From Haplodiscus bocki (taxonomy: Eukaryota): a stretch of 64,000 nt of DNA. The stretch spans positions 87,854,001 through 87,918,000 of the forward strand of contig OZ296649.1 in assembly GCA_965655095.1 (NCBI GenBank), given 5' to 3'. This document shows positions 24,407 through 38,700 of the stretch, in pieces; the stretch's first letter is position 1, and each line of letters opens with the position of its first letter. Both the position numbers and the translations under genes were made by a program. Below the pieces are notes generated by a model. The model saw nothing but the letters and a program-made list of their open reading frames with translations. It made no database searches and was not told where the DNA came from.

Positions 24407-27400
24407 GCAGGAGTAATGTAGATCGGATCTCAATCACGGACAGTCACTTGGCGAGTTGGCAAGAGATGTGAAATGCGGAAAACTTGATAGAATTCAGTTG
24501 ACACAGAGCTTCCTTGGGATCCATTGATCTGTACACACAGTTCTAATTTGCATCAGGAAGAAGTTTGTAACACATTTGACGGCAACTTTCACGTTGGTCT
24601 CTGAAAGAGAAGACTTTTTTCCGCTCTTGGGAATCTGCAAAGAACATAATACTAAATCGTGGTCTGTTGAAACAGTCGGATTTACGGTTTGAACTGTCGA
24701 TATAATCCATGGGCAAGAAACTAAAAATTTGTCGAGAAATTTATTATTATGTGTGGGTTCAAAATTGATCTGCGTCAAGTTGCATTCAGCAATGACATTG
24801 TCAGTGCAAAAATCATTGAAATCACCACACATAATAAACTGCCAGTAGTTTTTTGCGAGGCAAAGATGTTCGTAGGCCTGAATCAAATATGCACACAGAT
24901 CTTTGTCATAATCGCAAAAGGGTGGGTAGTAGACAACACAAATAAGAGCACAGAAAATCATAATATCGATTTCTAACCACAATACTTCGAATTGCTCATT
25001 GTCTTGAGGGTATATCTGGGTACATAAGAAATTGCTCCGAATATAGGAACATACCCCACCTCCATGGTTCTTTTTTGAGTTTTTTGCGAATCTGTCACAG
25101 CGAAAGAGATTGTTATTTGGAATTGGGATGAAAATATTGTCGATATCAGAAATTAGCCACTATTCCGTGACAAAACACCAGTCTATAGATTGTGCAGCAA
25201 GATCAGTGGACAACTGGAAAACAGCGTTGGGTTTCTTAACTGAGCGAGCGTTAATCAACATCAAATTGCAGTATGTTGGTTGTCATAAAGTTGCCGGTTG
25301 CTCATTTCCATCAACATAGAGTTTCAAGTTACGATTTCTGATAGACGTCCAGTTTGTTCCTTTTTCATTGAGATTGCGACGCTTCTTAAGGCGATTTTTT
25401 CTATTATACGCTCTTCGTGTGTTAATTTAGGTGATAAAAAAACACGGTAATCAGCTGGATAATCTTTCATACGATGAGAATTTGCCAGAATTTTTCGTGT
25501 CGTCCAAATGTTTGAGAGCTTCACGATGATGCCTGTTTGCTTGGTTTCGTCATATTTACCAAATCGGAAATAAAAGTTTCTTCGCCAATTGTATGTTTCA
25601 AAATAGCCATGACGTGCTTCATGTCGTGGTGAAGCATCTGCGGTGATTTTTGTGATGCAATTTTCGGGAGGTTTTGAATTGGAATGCCGGTACTACAGTC
25701 TTGTGAATGTTGTTTGCGTGCGTTTTCGTGAGTCTTCACTTCACATTCATTCACTTTTTTCTCGACGAATTGAACTGCCTTTTTGACTTTCTTTTCAAGG
25801 GACGACAAATTGTTTTTTGTTTCTGCGCATTGCAATGTGGCATTGACAGTTGTCTTCGGGAAACAATAGTCACAATAGTATCTGAAGTTTGGAAACCTCT
25901 TCAGCGTTTGGTACTCATCCGCTGTCATAGACATACACTATGCGTGGGACCAGGAGTCACAAGCATCGCATTGAAACAAGCAGCCACCGCTCTTTTTCTT
26001 GCATTTGACACAGTTGTCCTCCGATACGGAGCCACCACGGCGGCCCCTCGCAGCTGCCATCAGACATGAAACATTTTATTTATTAAGTTTATCACAACAA
26101 GTAGGCTTGCTCTGGGTTTTCTCTGCAACATAAATCCAAAAGAACGCAAGTTCAAACCAGATATCTTTCATACAGATGTAAAAGTTGCTTTGAGAAGTTA
26201 GTTGTTACTGAACCGCCTTGTGAAAAACTCCAAGTCACTTTTGAAGAACTTTCGCAATTGGTTGTGAAATCTACCCTAGAAAAATTGAAACTTATTGATC
26301 TATCGAGAGTGGTGTCGAATTCAAAGGTGAAGTAAAACTGTTAAAACGAAATCGGGATAACCCTTCGAGCCTGGTCCTGAGTTGGAAGATGGTACTAAGT
26401 CTAAACATCATAATGATCGCGACAAAGTTCTTACAACAACTGGAAACGTAACTTCATCAAAACAAGGCTCAAGTGATGTTTTTTACCAAGTCCAGTCTGC
26501 GAAGGTCACAAACGTGACAAAAAAAATCTGGCTTGAAACTGGTACTTCGGAAAATACGAAACATAGAAGATGTTGCGAGGCCAGCGCCCACTTTACAATT
26601 GATGTTTGGAAAATTCGCAAAAATGTCATATCGCTGATCTGATGATAACGCCTTGGACATCCTCCACTTTTGGAACCAATCCTTTCATGACTCTGATTGT
26701 AATTTTCAACATTCTGTTTTGAGTGAAAAGATAACTGATCAAAAATTGTTTTCTGTGGCCTGCAAAATACTTTTTGGCAGATTTAGGCAGGAAGGAAAAG
26801 CACGTGAGTGGCGGAAAAATCTAACTCACAGTCTGACTGGAAGAAAACAAAAAAGTTTGAAAATTACAATCCTCTGCTTAAAGCAAGGTCAGTGAGACGT
26901 AAAGTTTCCGGAACTCACCCTGCAACCACCTCCGTATTGTCTGACCTCGTTATAATAAGAGGACTTTGGTTGATTGGTGATAATTAAAATTTTATTATCG
27001 ATCAAACGACTGCATTGTAATTGTTTGTTTCAAGAACTCAAAGCAATCACAATGCTGAATGAGTTATGCTTGTTTTAGGGTAATAAGTGGAATTTACAAC
27101 CTGACAATCTAGCTGTGATAAATAATTTGACAATTTTGTTTGTTCTGTTCACTTTTTACACTTCTTTTTTTGTCTTTTTTTCGCTACAAGCGCCTGCTGG
27201 CCTTCTGACAAAGTTTTCGACGACGTGCAAGTTGTTATTGTTTCCTTTTTTTCTGAAACATTTTTATGTTTCGGTGATTTAAGTTTGCAACTCAATAAAG
27301 CGTATACCTCCGATCTGTGGTTTGTTTTCCAACTTTCTGCCCGAGTTGGGATTACTTTCGTCTCTCAACCCTGTTTGAAATAACAAAGGCAATGTTCTTG

Positions 27401-29710
27401 ATCCAATGTTAGCAGCTGAGCGTTTGCATAAATCTGCAATAGAAAACGACATTTGTGATCAAAAATAGTTGAAATTCAGTTTTCTGTTGCACCGACACTT
27501 ATTCCCACGAAACGTTTTTTGTTCTACAAGAACACAAAAGCTCGGACTTTATCCCTCTCCAGCGTAAACTGCACTACAACGGGTGAGCCTACTGCGAACT
27601 TCCTTGAAACTTCAACACTAATCCTGATCAAAAACTCCTTGTCCGAAAGACACTTATACAAATCATTACTGTCCTTTCTGTGTTTAAGAAATGTGCACTT
27701 CCAAAAAGAAAAGACGCCATTGTGAAAGACATTTTTAAATAAGGCCCAGTTATTTTGACCGGCTGAGATATGAATTTAGTAAAAAAGAATAAATCATTCT
27801 GTCTGATACAAAGCGACATAATTTTCTTGATTGAAAAAGTGCTGAAGCGGATACCATCAAATTATCCTTATGTGCAGTCGTTTCTCTTTTGGTTTTAATA
27901 AAAAACGGACTTTAGTTTCTGTTTTTGTAAGAACCAACTAGTCAAAAAATTTGATAATTACCCTTTTTCCAAAAGAGATGTTTTTATAACACCACTGCGA
28001 CTCATGCTGAAATTGCTCTCCCACAAAATGATGCCGCCCACAAAAAAAAAACGTATAAGTCGTGTCTATCATCTTATCCGTGGCATCTACTGCGTCCCAG
28101 CCTGGCCAGGTTTTGCAATCACCTCTTTTGAAGAAACTTCCTTCCTTCCTATGAACTCTTCTGTTAGTTTTCAAATGAATTCTCAAAGAACGGTACTTTT
28201 ACTCACGAACTCAAACATGGTAAAGTTTCACCGATCAACACAATTGTGTATTCGAAGATCATTTTAGAAATTTTCGACAAAAAACCATCATTTGGCTTCA
28301 ATATTTTTTGAAAAAAAACAATGTTTTACAGATTCAATCTTTTTCCAAAAAACAGTATTTTATCAATTATGTTCAATCTGCCTTTGGAAAGTTCCACTCC
28401 ACCGAAACAACTTCGTTGGACATGTCTTCCGAACTATTCTCGGACCGAAAAAAGAAGCAGAGTTTCCTGTGTATTTACCTTGACTTGTCTTCTGCTTCTG
28501 AAACTGCTGATCTTAGTATTTTGCCTAACATGTTACTCAAAACATGAGTAAACGACATTATTCTCTTTTTATTAGTTCTCTTATGTGGAAGGCGGTGCAA
28601 AATGAGTATTGAGTAATGGCCTGTTTTCTGACTTGAAGACCTTTACAAAAATTGTGCCTCAAATATTGATATTGGGGCCACTACATTTTGTTCTGTACGT
28701 GCTGCTTTTCTATAGTCACTTGAAAGAATGGCTTCTCCATTATCATATCCATGCAGATGATATAACAATCTATATGACTCGACTGGAGTATTACTTTAGT
28801 TGCGTATCTTTGGTTAATTGTCAGTGGAGAGACATCGGAAAAGTGTTAATAACGATACTTAACCTGAAACTCAAAGTGAATAGTTCCATAACGTATTGCA
28901 TGTTCGTAAAACCTCTGATAGTCGCATAACCGGAAAGGCACGTCAAGGAGGGATAAAATTTTAGAAAGATAAGGTGAACTAACGTGGTTGGCGTAGTGCT
29001 TGGCGGATGATTGAGTTACTGCACAATTTTTAACGTGCCGTGTGCTAGCTGTTATTCTCACCTGCGGGGCATTTTGACATTTAGAAGACAACCATCCCTT
29101 GAAACTACAAAGTTATTAATCTTAATTTTGTGACCAGCCGTTTTGACTATTGTTACTTTACAGCTCACTTGATTAATTGAGCCAGAAGCTACAGAGAGTT
29201 CAGAATAAAGCAATTGAAAAATTTTTTTTTCGCAACAGTACCCTATCGAATCCAGTGAGGCTCCGCGAATTACATTGGTTTCTTATCCGAGAAAGAATCT
29301 CTAACAATAACAGAGTCCTCCTTTAGAGTAGTTTTTCATCAGCTACCTGTGCCTTCCCACTTGTGAAACCCTTTAGTCAGATAAAGATAGTTATTGCATT
29401 ACATTTCCAAACAAACGCTTGACGTGAAACTTTCCTTCATTTGGACCGAAAGTCCGCTGTTGAATGTTGTTTCTGGGTGGCTGGTCCAAAGAATTGAAAA
29501 TTTCTCCCTGAAGATATATGAAGCGATATATGATCTTAATACGTTCATGTGTGGAGTGAAAACAAACAACTGCATTCTACGAACAGTTTGACCTGGAAAA
29601 AAGCAATAGCTTGAGTTTCAACTTCAGCTTCAATTCATTAAACAAATATTAGTGAACAGCTAAAACAAGAAAAAACTGTAGTATCTGCTTACCTTTTATA
29701 AAGTACGTCA
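22960..29710 (+). mobile_element. Old decayed L2-type LINE (PHD ORF1, APE endonuclease, RT), split by a nested LINE at 23190-26060
   Basis: RIQCDICDG*YH (23150-23190) resumes as ...VGLLWVF after 26065. EN-like FLCFGDL and GNVLDP (27260-27410). RT motifs QSAFGKFHSTETT, YLDLSSA, VPQILILGP and HADD. L2-type C-terminus VTSRFDYC, KLQRVQNKAI, LHWFLIRERI, FWVAGPKN*KFLPEDI. The 5' boundary is approximate. Confidence 0.8.
23190..26060 (-). mobile_element. CR1-group LINE, copy 3: ORF1, endonuclease and 3' tail, with the RT core deleted
   Basis: ORF1 from ATG 26060: MAAARGRRGGSVSEDNCVKC...FQCDACDSWSHA*C...YYCDYC (PHD C4HC3). APE motifs INARS, VTE*WL, GGGV, MCGDFND, LDKFLV, STDHDLV. Deletion junction at 23775/23776. 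Confidence 0.93.
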
Positions 29711-32700
29711 GAAAAACGTGCTTCACCCGGCAATCTGTAGATCTTCCTCACAGGGTTAAAATTGGTCCAACATATTAAAGAAAAAGCGTCTAGATCAGCC
29801 GCAACATGAGAAAAAAAGTCAGGTTTAGATCAACGTATTGCATTCAAGACCACATCGACTAACTGAAAAACAAAAGAAAAGTCACCTCTGATGGCTTCTG
29901 CAAATGAATGAGGACAATCGTCTTGCTTCAGCAACAGCGGAAGTTTTTGGGTCTTTGAAATCCTGTCGTCGACTCGAAGGGCTCGGCCGCAGACAAGTTA
30001 TGGAAATGCGGAAGAAAAAAAACGAAGTTTTAGACGATTGTAGCCAATCGTATTGGAGTAGCAATTCTGATCTTTGTTGCTGATCTTGAGCGCAAACCCA
30101 GAGATAAGCTCATAAGCAAGTATATCTCTCCCTGATGATATATGGAGCGATATACGAACTTAATACGTTCTTATCTGGAGTGAAAATGTACAACTGCATT
30201 CTTCGAACATATTGACTGGAGAAAAAGCAACAACTTGAATTTCAACTTCAGCCCAATTCATTAAACAAATATTAGTGAACAGCTAAAACAAGAATACACT
30301 GTAGTATATGCTTACCTTTTATAAAGTACGTCAGAAAAACATGCTTCACCCGGCAATCTGTAGATCTTCCTCACAGGGTTAAAATTGGTCCAACATATTA
30401 AAGAAAAAGCGTCTAAATCAGCCGCAACATGAGAAAAAAAGTCAGGTTTAGATCAACGTATTGCATTCAAGACCACATCGACTAACTGAAAAACAAAAGA
30501 AAAGTCACCTCTGATGGCTTCTGCAAATGAATGAGGACAATCGTCTTGCTTCAGCAACAGCGGAAGTTTTTGGGTCTTTGAAATCCTGTCGTCGACTCGA
30601 AGGGTTCGGGCGCAGACAAGTTATGGAAATACGGAAGAAAAAAAAACGAAGTTTTAGACGGTTGTAGCCAATCGTATTGGAGCAGCAATTCTGATCCTTG
30701 TTGCTGATCTTGAGCGCAAACCCAGAGATAAGCTCAAAAGCAAGTATATCTCTCCCTGAAGGTATACGAAACAATATACGAACTTAATACGTTCATGTCT
30801 GGAGTGAAAAAATGCAACTGCATTCTACAAACAGTTTGACCTGGAAAAAAGCAACAATTTGAGTTTCAACTTCAACTTCAATTCATTAAACAAATATTGA
30901 TGAATAGTTAAAACAAGAATATTCTGTAGTATCTGCTTACTTTTTATAAAGTACGTCAGAAAAACATGCTTCACCTGGCAATCAGTAGTTCTTCCTCACA
31001 GGGTTAAAACTTGTCCAACATTCTAAACAAAAAGCGTCTAAATCAGCCGCAACATTTGAAAAGAAGTCAAGCTTAGATTAACGTATTGTATTCAAGACCA
31101 AATCGGTTAACTGAAAAACAAAAGAAAAGTCACCTTTGATGGCTTCTGCAAATGAATGAGGACAATCGTCTTGTTTCGGCAACAGCGGATATCTCTGGGT
31201 CTTTGAAATCCTGTCGTCGACTCGAAGGGCTCGGGCGCAGACAAGTTATGGAAATGCGGAAGAAAAAAACACGAAGTGTTAGACGGCTGTAGCCAATCGT
31301 ATTGGAGCGGCAATTCTGATCCTTGTTGCTGATCTTGAGCGCTAACCCAGAGATAAGCTCAAAAGCAAGTATATCTCTCCCTGAAGATATATGAAGCGAT
31401 TTACGAACTTAATACGTTCTTATCTGGAGTGAAAATGTACAACTGCATTCTTCGAACAGTTTGACCTGGAAAAAAGCAACAACTTGAATTTCAACTTCAG
31501 CCGCAATTCAGTAAACAAATATTAGTGAACAGCTAAAACAAGAATACATTGTAGTATATGCTTACCTTTTATAAAGTACGTCAGAAAAACATGCTTCACC
31601 CGGCAATCTGTAGATCTTCCTCACAGGGTTAAAATTGGTCCAACATATTAAAGAAAAAGCGTCTAAATCAGCCGCAACATGAGAAAAAAAGTCAGGTTTA
31701 GATCAACGTATTGCATTCAAGACCACATCGACTACCTGAAAAACAAAAGAAAAGTCACCTCTGATGGCTTCTGCAAATGAATGAGGACAATCGTCTTGCT
31801 TCGGCAACAGCGGAAGTTTTTGGGTCTTTGAAATCCTGTCGTCGATTCGAAGGGTTCGGGTGCAGACAAGTTATGGAAATACGGAAGAAAAAAAAACGAA
31901 GTTTTAGACGATTGTAGCCAATCGTATTGGAGCAGCAATTCTGATCCTTGTTGCTGAGCTTGAGCGCAAACCCAGAGATAAACTCAAAAGCAAGTATATC
32001 TCTCACTGAAGATATATGAAGCGATTTACGAACTTAATACGTTCTTATCTGGAGTAAAATTGTACAACTGCATTCTATTTACAGTTTGACCTGGAAAAAA
32101 GCAACAACTTGAATTTCAACTTCAACCTCAATTCATTGAACAACTATTAGTGAACAGATAAAACAAAAAACAAACTGTAGTATCTCCTTACCTTTTTAAA
32201 GAACGTCAGAAAAACATCCTTCACCCGGCAATCTGTAGATCTTCCTCACAGGGTTAAAATTGGTCCGACATTTAAACAAAAAGCGTCCAAAATATCCGCA
32301 ACTTGAGAAAAGAAGTCACGCTTAGATCAATATATTGCATTCAAGACTACGTCGACTAACTGAAAAACAAAAAAAGTCACCTCTGATGGCTTCTGCAAAT
32401 GAATGGGGACAATCGTCTTGCTTCAGCAACAGCGGAAGTTATTGGGTCTTTGAAATCCTGTCGTCGACTCGAAGGGTTCGGGCGCAGACAAGTTATGGAA
32501 ATACGGAAGAAAAAAAAACGAAGTTTGAGACGGTTGTAGCCAATCGTATTGGAGCAGCAATTCTGATCCTTGTTGCTGATCTTGAGCGCAAACCCAGAGA
32601 TAAGCTCAAATGCAAGTATATCTCTCCCTGAAGGTATACGAAACAATATACGAACTTAATACGTTCATGTCTGGAGTGAAAAAATGCAACTGCATTCTAC

Positions 32701-35700
32701 AAACAGTTTGACCTGGAAAAAAGCAACAATTTGAGTTTCAACTTCAACTTCAATTCATTAAACAAATATTGATGAATAGTTAAAACAAGAATATTCTGTA
32801 GTATCTGCTTACTTTTTATAAAGTGCGTCAGAAAAACATGCTTCACCCGGCAATCAGTAGTTCTTCCTCACAGGGTTAAAACTTGTCCAACATTCTAAAC
32901 AAAAAGCATCTAAATCAGCTGCAACATTTGAAAGAAGTCAAGCTTAGATCAACGTATTGTATTCAAGACCAAATCGGTTAACTGAAAAACAAAAGAAAAG
33001 TCACCTTTGATGGCTTCTGCAAATGAATGAGGACAATCGTCCTGTTTCGGCAACAGCGGATATCTCTGGGTCTTTGAAATCCTGTCGTCGACTCGAAGGG
33101 CTCGAGCGCAGACAAGTTATGGAAATGCGGAAGAAAAAAACACGAAGTTTTAGACGGCTGTAGCCAATCGTATTGGAGCGGCAATTCTGATCCTTATCGC
33201 TGATCTTGAGCGCAAACCCAGAGATAAGCTCAAAAGCAAGTATATCTCTCACTGAAGATATATGGAGCGTTATACGAACTTAATACGTTCTTATCTGGAG
33301 TGAAAATGTACAACTGCATTCTTCGAACAGTTTGACCTGGAAAAAAGCAACAACTTGAATTTCAACTTCAGCCCCAATTCATTAAACAAATATTAGTGAA
33401 CAGCTAAAACAAGAATACACTGTAGTATATGCTTACCTTTTATAAAGTACGTCAGAAAAACATGCTTCACCCGGCAATCTGTAGATCTTCCTCACAGGGT
33501 TAAAATTGGTCCAACATATTAAAAAAAAGCGTCTAAATCAGCCGCAACATGAGAAAAAAAGTCAGGTTTAGATCAACGTATTGCATTCAAGACCACATCG
33601 ACTACCTGAAAAACAAAAGAAAAGTCACCTCTGATGGCTTCTGCAAATGAATGAGGACAATCGTCTTGCTTCGGCAACAGCGGAAGTTTTTGGGTCTTTG
33701 AAATCCTGTCGTCGATTCGAAGGGTTCGGGTGCAGACAAGTTATGGAAATACGGAAGAAAAAAAAACGAAGATTTAGACGGTTGTAGCCAATCGTATTGG
33801 AGCAGCAAGTCTGATCCTTGTTGCTGAGCTTGAGCGCAAACCCAGAGATAAGCTCAAAAGCAAGTATATCTCTCCCTGAAGATATATGAAGCGATTTACG
33901 AACTTAATACGTTCTTATCTGGAGTGAAAATGTACAACTGCATTCTTCGAACAGTTTGACCTGGAAAAAAGCAACAACTTGAATTTCAACTTCAACCTCA
34001 ATTCATTGAACAAATATTAGTGAACAGATAAAACAAAAAACAAACTGTAGTATCTCCTTACCTTTTATAAAGAACGTCAGAAAAACATCCTTCACCCGCA
34101 ATCTGTAGATCTTCCTCACAGGGTTAAAATTGGTCCGACATTTAAACAAATAGCGTCCAAATTATCCGCAACTTCAGAAAAGAAGTCACGCTTAGATCAA
34201 TATATTGCATTCAAGACTACATCGACTAACTGAAAAACAAAAAAAAGTCACCTCTGATGGATTCTGCAAATGAATGAGGACAATCGTCTTGCTTCAGCAA
34301 CAGCGGAACTCTCTGGGTCTTTGAAATCCTGTCGTCGACTCCAAGGGCTCGGGGGCAGACAAGTTATGGAAATGCGGAAGAAAAAAACACGAAGTTTTAG
34401 ACGGCTGTAGCCAATCGTATTGGAGCGGCAATTCTGATCCTTATCGCTGATCTTGAGCGCAAACCCAGAGATAAGCTCAAAAGCAAGTATATCTCTCCCT
34501 GAAGATATGTGGAGCGTTATACGAACTTAATACGTTCTTATCTGGAGTGAAAATGTACAACTGCATTCTTCGAACAGTTTGACCTGGAAAAAAGCAACAA
34601 CTTGAATTTCAACTTCAGCCCCAATTCATTAAACAAATATTGATGAATAGTTAAAACAAGAATAAACTGTAGTATCTGCTTACTTTTTATAAAGTACGTC
34701 AGAAAAATATGCGTCACCCGGCAATCAGTAGTTCTTCCTCACAGGGTTAAAACTTGTCCAACATTCTAAACAAAAAGCGTCTAAATCAGCCGCAACATTT
34801 GAAAAGAAGTCAAGCTTAGATCAACGTATTGTATTCAAGACCAAATCGGTTAACTGAAAAACAAAAGAAAAGTCACCTTTGACGGCTTCTGCAAATGAAT
34901 GAAGACAACCGTTTTGCTTCAGCAACAGCCGATATCTCTGGGTCTTTGAAATCCTGTCGTCGACTCGAAGGGCTCGGGCGCAGACAAGTTATGGAAATGC
35001 GGAAGAAAAAAACACGAAGTTTTAGACGGCTGTAGCCAATCGTATTGGAGCGGCAATTCTGATCCTTATCGCTGATCTTGAGCGCAAACCCAGAGATAAG
35101 CTCAAAAGCAAGTATATCTCTCCCTGAAGTTATATGGAGCGTTATACGAACTTAAGACGTTCTTATCTGGAGTAAAATTGTACAACTGCATTCTTCGAAC
35201 AAATTGACCTGGAAAAAAGCAACAACTTGAATTTCAACTTCAGCCCCAATTCAGTAAACAATTATTAGTGAACAGCTAAAACAAGAATACATTCTAGTAT
35301 ATGCTTACCTTTTATAAAGTACGTCAGAAAAACATGCTTCACCCGGCAATCTGTAGATCTTCCCTACAGGGTTAAAATTGGTCCAACATATTAAAGAAAA
35401 AGCGTCTAGATCAGCCGCAACATGAGAAAAAAAGTCAGGTTTAGATCAACGTATTGCATTCAAGACCACATCGACTAACTGAAAAACAAAAGAAAAGTCA
35501 CCTCTGATGGCTTCTGCAAATGAATGAGGACAATCGTCTTGCTTCAGCAACAGCGGAAGTTTTTGGGTCTTTGAAATCCTGTCGTCGACTCGAAGGGCTC
35601 GGGCGCAGACAAGTTATGGAAATACGGAAGAAAAAAAACGAAGTTTTAGACGGTTGTAGCCAATCGTATTGGAGCAGCAATTCTGATCCTTGTTGCTGAT

Positions 35701-38700
35701 CTTGAGCGCAAACCCAGAGATAAGCTCAAAAGCAAGTATATCTCTCCCTGAAGATATATGAAGCGATTTACGAACTTAATACGTTCTTATCTGGAGTGAA
35801 AATGTACAACTGCATTCTTCGAACAGTTTGACCTGGAAAAAAGCAACAACTTGAACTTCAACTTCAGCCGCAATTCAGTAAACAAATATTAGTGAACAGC
35901 TAAAACAAGAATACATTGTAGTATATGCTTACCTTTTATAAAGTACGTCAGAAAAACATGCTTCACCCGGCAATCTGTAGATCTTCCCTACAGGGTTAAA
36001 ATTGGTCAAACATATTAAAGAAAAAGCGTCTAAATCAGCCGCAACATGAGAAAAAAAGTCAGGTTTAGATCAACGTATTGCATTCAAGACCACATCGACT
36101 ACCTGGAAAACAAAAGAAAAGTCACCTCTGATGGCTTCTGCAAATGAATGAGGACAATCGTCTTGCTTCGGCAACAGCGGAAGTTTTTGGGTCTTTGAAA
36201 TCCTGTCGTCGACTCGAAGGGCTCGGGCGCAGACAAGTTATGGAAATACGGAAGAAAAAAAACGAAGTTTTAGACGGTTGTAGCCAATCGTATTGGAGCA
36301 GCAATTCTGATCCTTGTTGCTGATCTTGAGCGCAAACCCAGAGATAAGCTCAAAAGCAAGTATATCTCTCCCTGAAGATATATGAAGCGATTTACGAACT
36401 TAATACGTTCTTATCTGGAGTGAAAATGTACAACTGCATTCTTCGAACAGTTTGACCTGGAAAAAAGCAACAACTTGAATTTCAACTTCAGCCGCAATTC
36501 AGTAAACAAATATTAGTGAACAGCTAAAACAAGAATACATTGTAGTATATGCTTACCTTTTATAAAGTACGTCAGAAAAACATGCTTCACCCGGCAATCT
36601 GTAGATCTTCCCTACAGGGTTAAAATTGGTCAAACATATTAAAGAAAAAGCGTCTAAATCAGCCGCAACATGAGAAAAAAAGTCAGGTTTAGATCAACGT
36701 ATTGCATTCAAGACCACATCGACTAACTGAAAAACAAAAGAAAAGTCACCTCTGATGGCTTCTGCAAATGAATGAGGACAATCGTCTTGCTTCAGCAACA
36801 GCGGAAGTTTTTGGGTCTTTGAAATCCTGTCGTCGACTCCAAGGTCTCGGGCGCAGACAAGTTATGGAAATGCGGAAGAAAAAAACACGAAGTTTTAGAC
36901 GGCTGTAGCCAATCGTATTGGAGCGGCAATTCTGATCCTTATCGCTGATTTTGAGCGCAAACCCAGAGATAAGCTCAAAAGCAAGTATATCTCTCCCTGA
37001 AGATATATGAAGCGATTTACGAACTTAATACGTTCTTATCTGGAGTAAAATTGTACAACTGCATTCTATTTACAGTTTGACCTGGAAAAAAGCAACAACT
37101 TGAATTTCAACTTCAACCTCAATTCATTGAACAAATATTAGTGAACAGATAAAACAAAAAACAAACTGTAGTATCTCCTTACCTTTTATAAAGTACGTCA
37201 GAGAAACATGCGTCACCCGGCAATCAGTAGTTCTTCCTCACAGGGTTAAATCTTGTCCAACATTCTAAACAAAAAGCGTCTAAATCAGCCCCAACATTTG
37301 AAAAGAAGTCAAGCTTAGATCAACGTATTGTATTCAAGACCAAATCGGTTAACTGAAAAACAAAAGAAAAGTCACCTTTGATGGCTTCTGCAAATGAATG
37401 AAGACAACCGTTTTGCTTCAGCAACAGCGGATATCTCTGGGTCTTTGAAATCCTGTCGTCGACTCGAAGGGCTCGGGCGCAGACAAGTTATGGAAATGCG
37501 GAAGAAAAAAACACGAAGTTTTAGACGGCTGTAGCCAATCGTATTGGAGCGGCAATTCTGATCCTTATCGCTGATCTTGAGCGCAAACCCAGAGATAAGC
37601 TCAAAACCAAGTATATCTCTCCCTGAAGTTATATGGAGCGTTATACGAACTTAAGACGTTCTTATCTGGAGTGAAAATGTACAACTGCATTCTTCGAACA
37701 GTTTGACCTGGAAAAAAGCAACAACTTGAATTTCAACTTCAGCCGCAATTCAGTAAAAAAATATTAGTGAACAGCTAAAACAAGAATACAATCTAGTATA
37801 TGCTTACCTTTTATAAAGTACGTCAGAAAAACATGCTTCACCCGGCAATCAGTAGTTCTTCCTCACAGGGTTAAAACTTGTCCAACATTCTAGACAAAGA
37901 GCGTCTAAATCAGCCGCAACATTTGAAAAGAAGTCAAGCTTAGATCAACGTATTGTATTCAAGACCAAATCGGTTAACTGAAAAACAAAAGAAAAGTCAC
38001 CTTTGATGGCTTCTGCAAATGAATGAAGACAACCGTTTTGCTTCAGCAACAGCGGATATCTCTGGGTCTTTGAAATCCTGTCGTCGACTCGAAGGGCTCG
38101 GGCGCAGACAAGTTATGGAAATGCGGAAGAAAAAAACACGAAGTTTTAGACGGCTGTAGCCAATCGTATTGGAGCGGCAATTCTGATCCTTATCGCTGAT
38201 CTTGAGCGCAAACCCAGAGATAAGCTCAAAACCAAGTATATCTCTCCCTGAAGTTATATGGAGCGTTATACGAACTTAAGACGTTCTTATCTGGAGTGAA
38301 AATGTACAACTGCATTCTTCGAACAGTTTGACCTGGAAAAAAGCAACAACTTGAATTTCAACTTCAGCCGCAATTCAGTAAAAAAATATTAGTGAACAGC
38401 TAAAACAAGAATACAATCTAGTATATGCTTACCTTTTATAAAGTACGTCAGAAAAACATGCTTCACCCGGCAATCTGTAGATCTTCCTCACAGGGTTAAA
38501 ATTGGTCCAACATATTAAAGAAAAAGCGTCTAGATCAGCCGCAAAATGAGAAAAAAAGTCAGGTTTAGATCAACGTATTGCATTCAAGACCACATCGACT
38601 AACTGAAAAACAAAAGAAAAGTCACCTCTGACGGCTTCTGCAAATGAATGAGGACAATCGTCTTGCTTCGGCAACAGCGGAAGTTTTTGGGTCTTTGAAA

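Noticed and set aside
29886-29970. Possible hammerhead ribozyme in the monomer (CTGATGG...GAAA)
   Set aside because: The core needs CTGANGA. Here it is CTGATGG, it varies between monomers (TTGATGG, CTGACGG), and I could not form the three stems.
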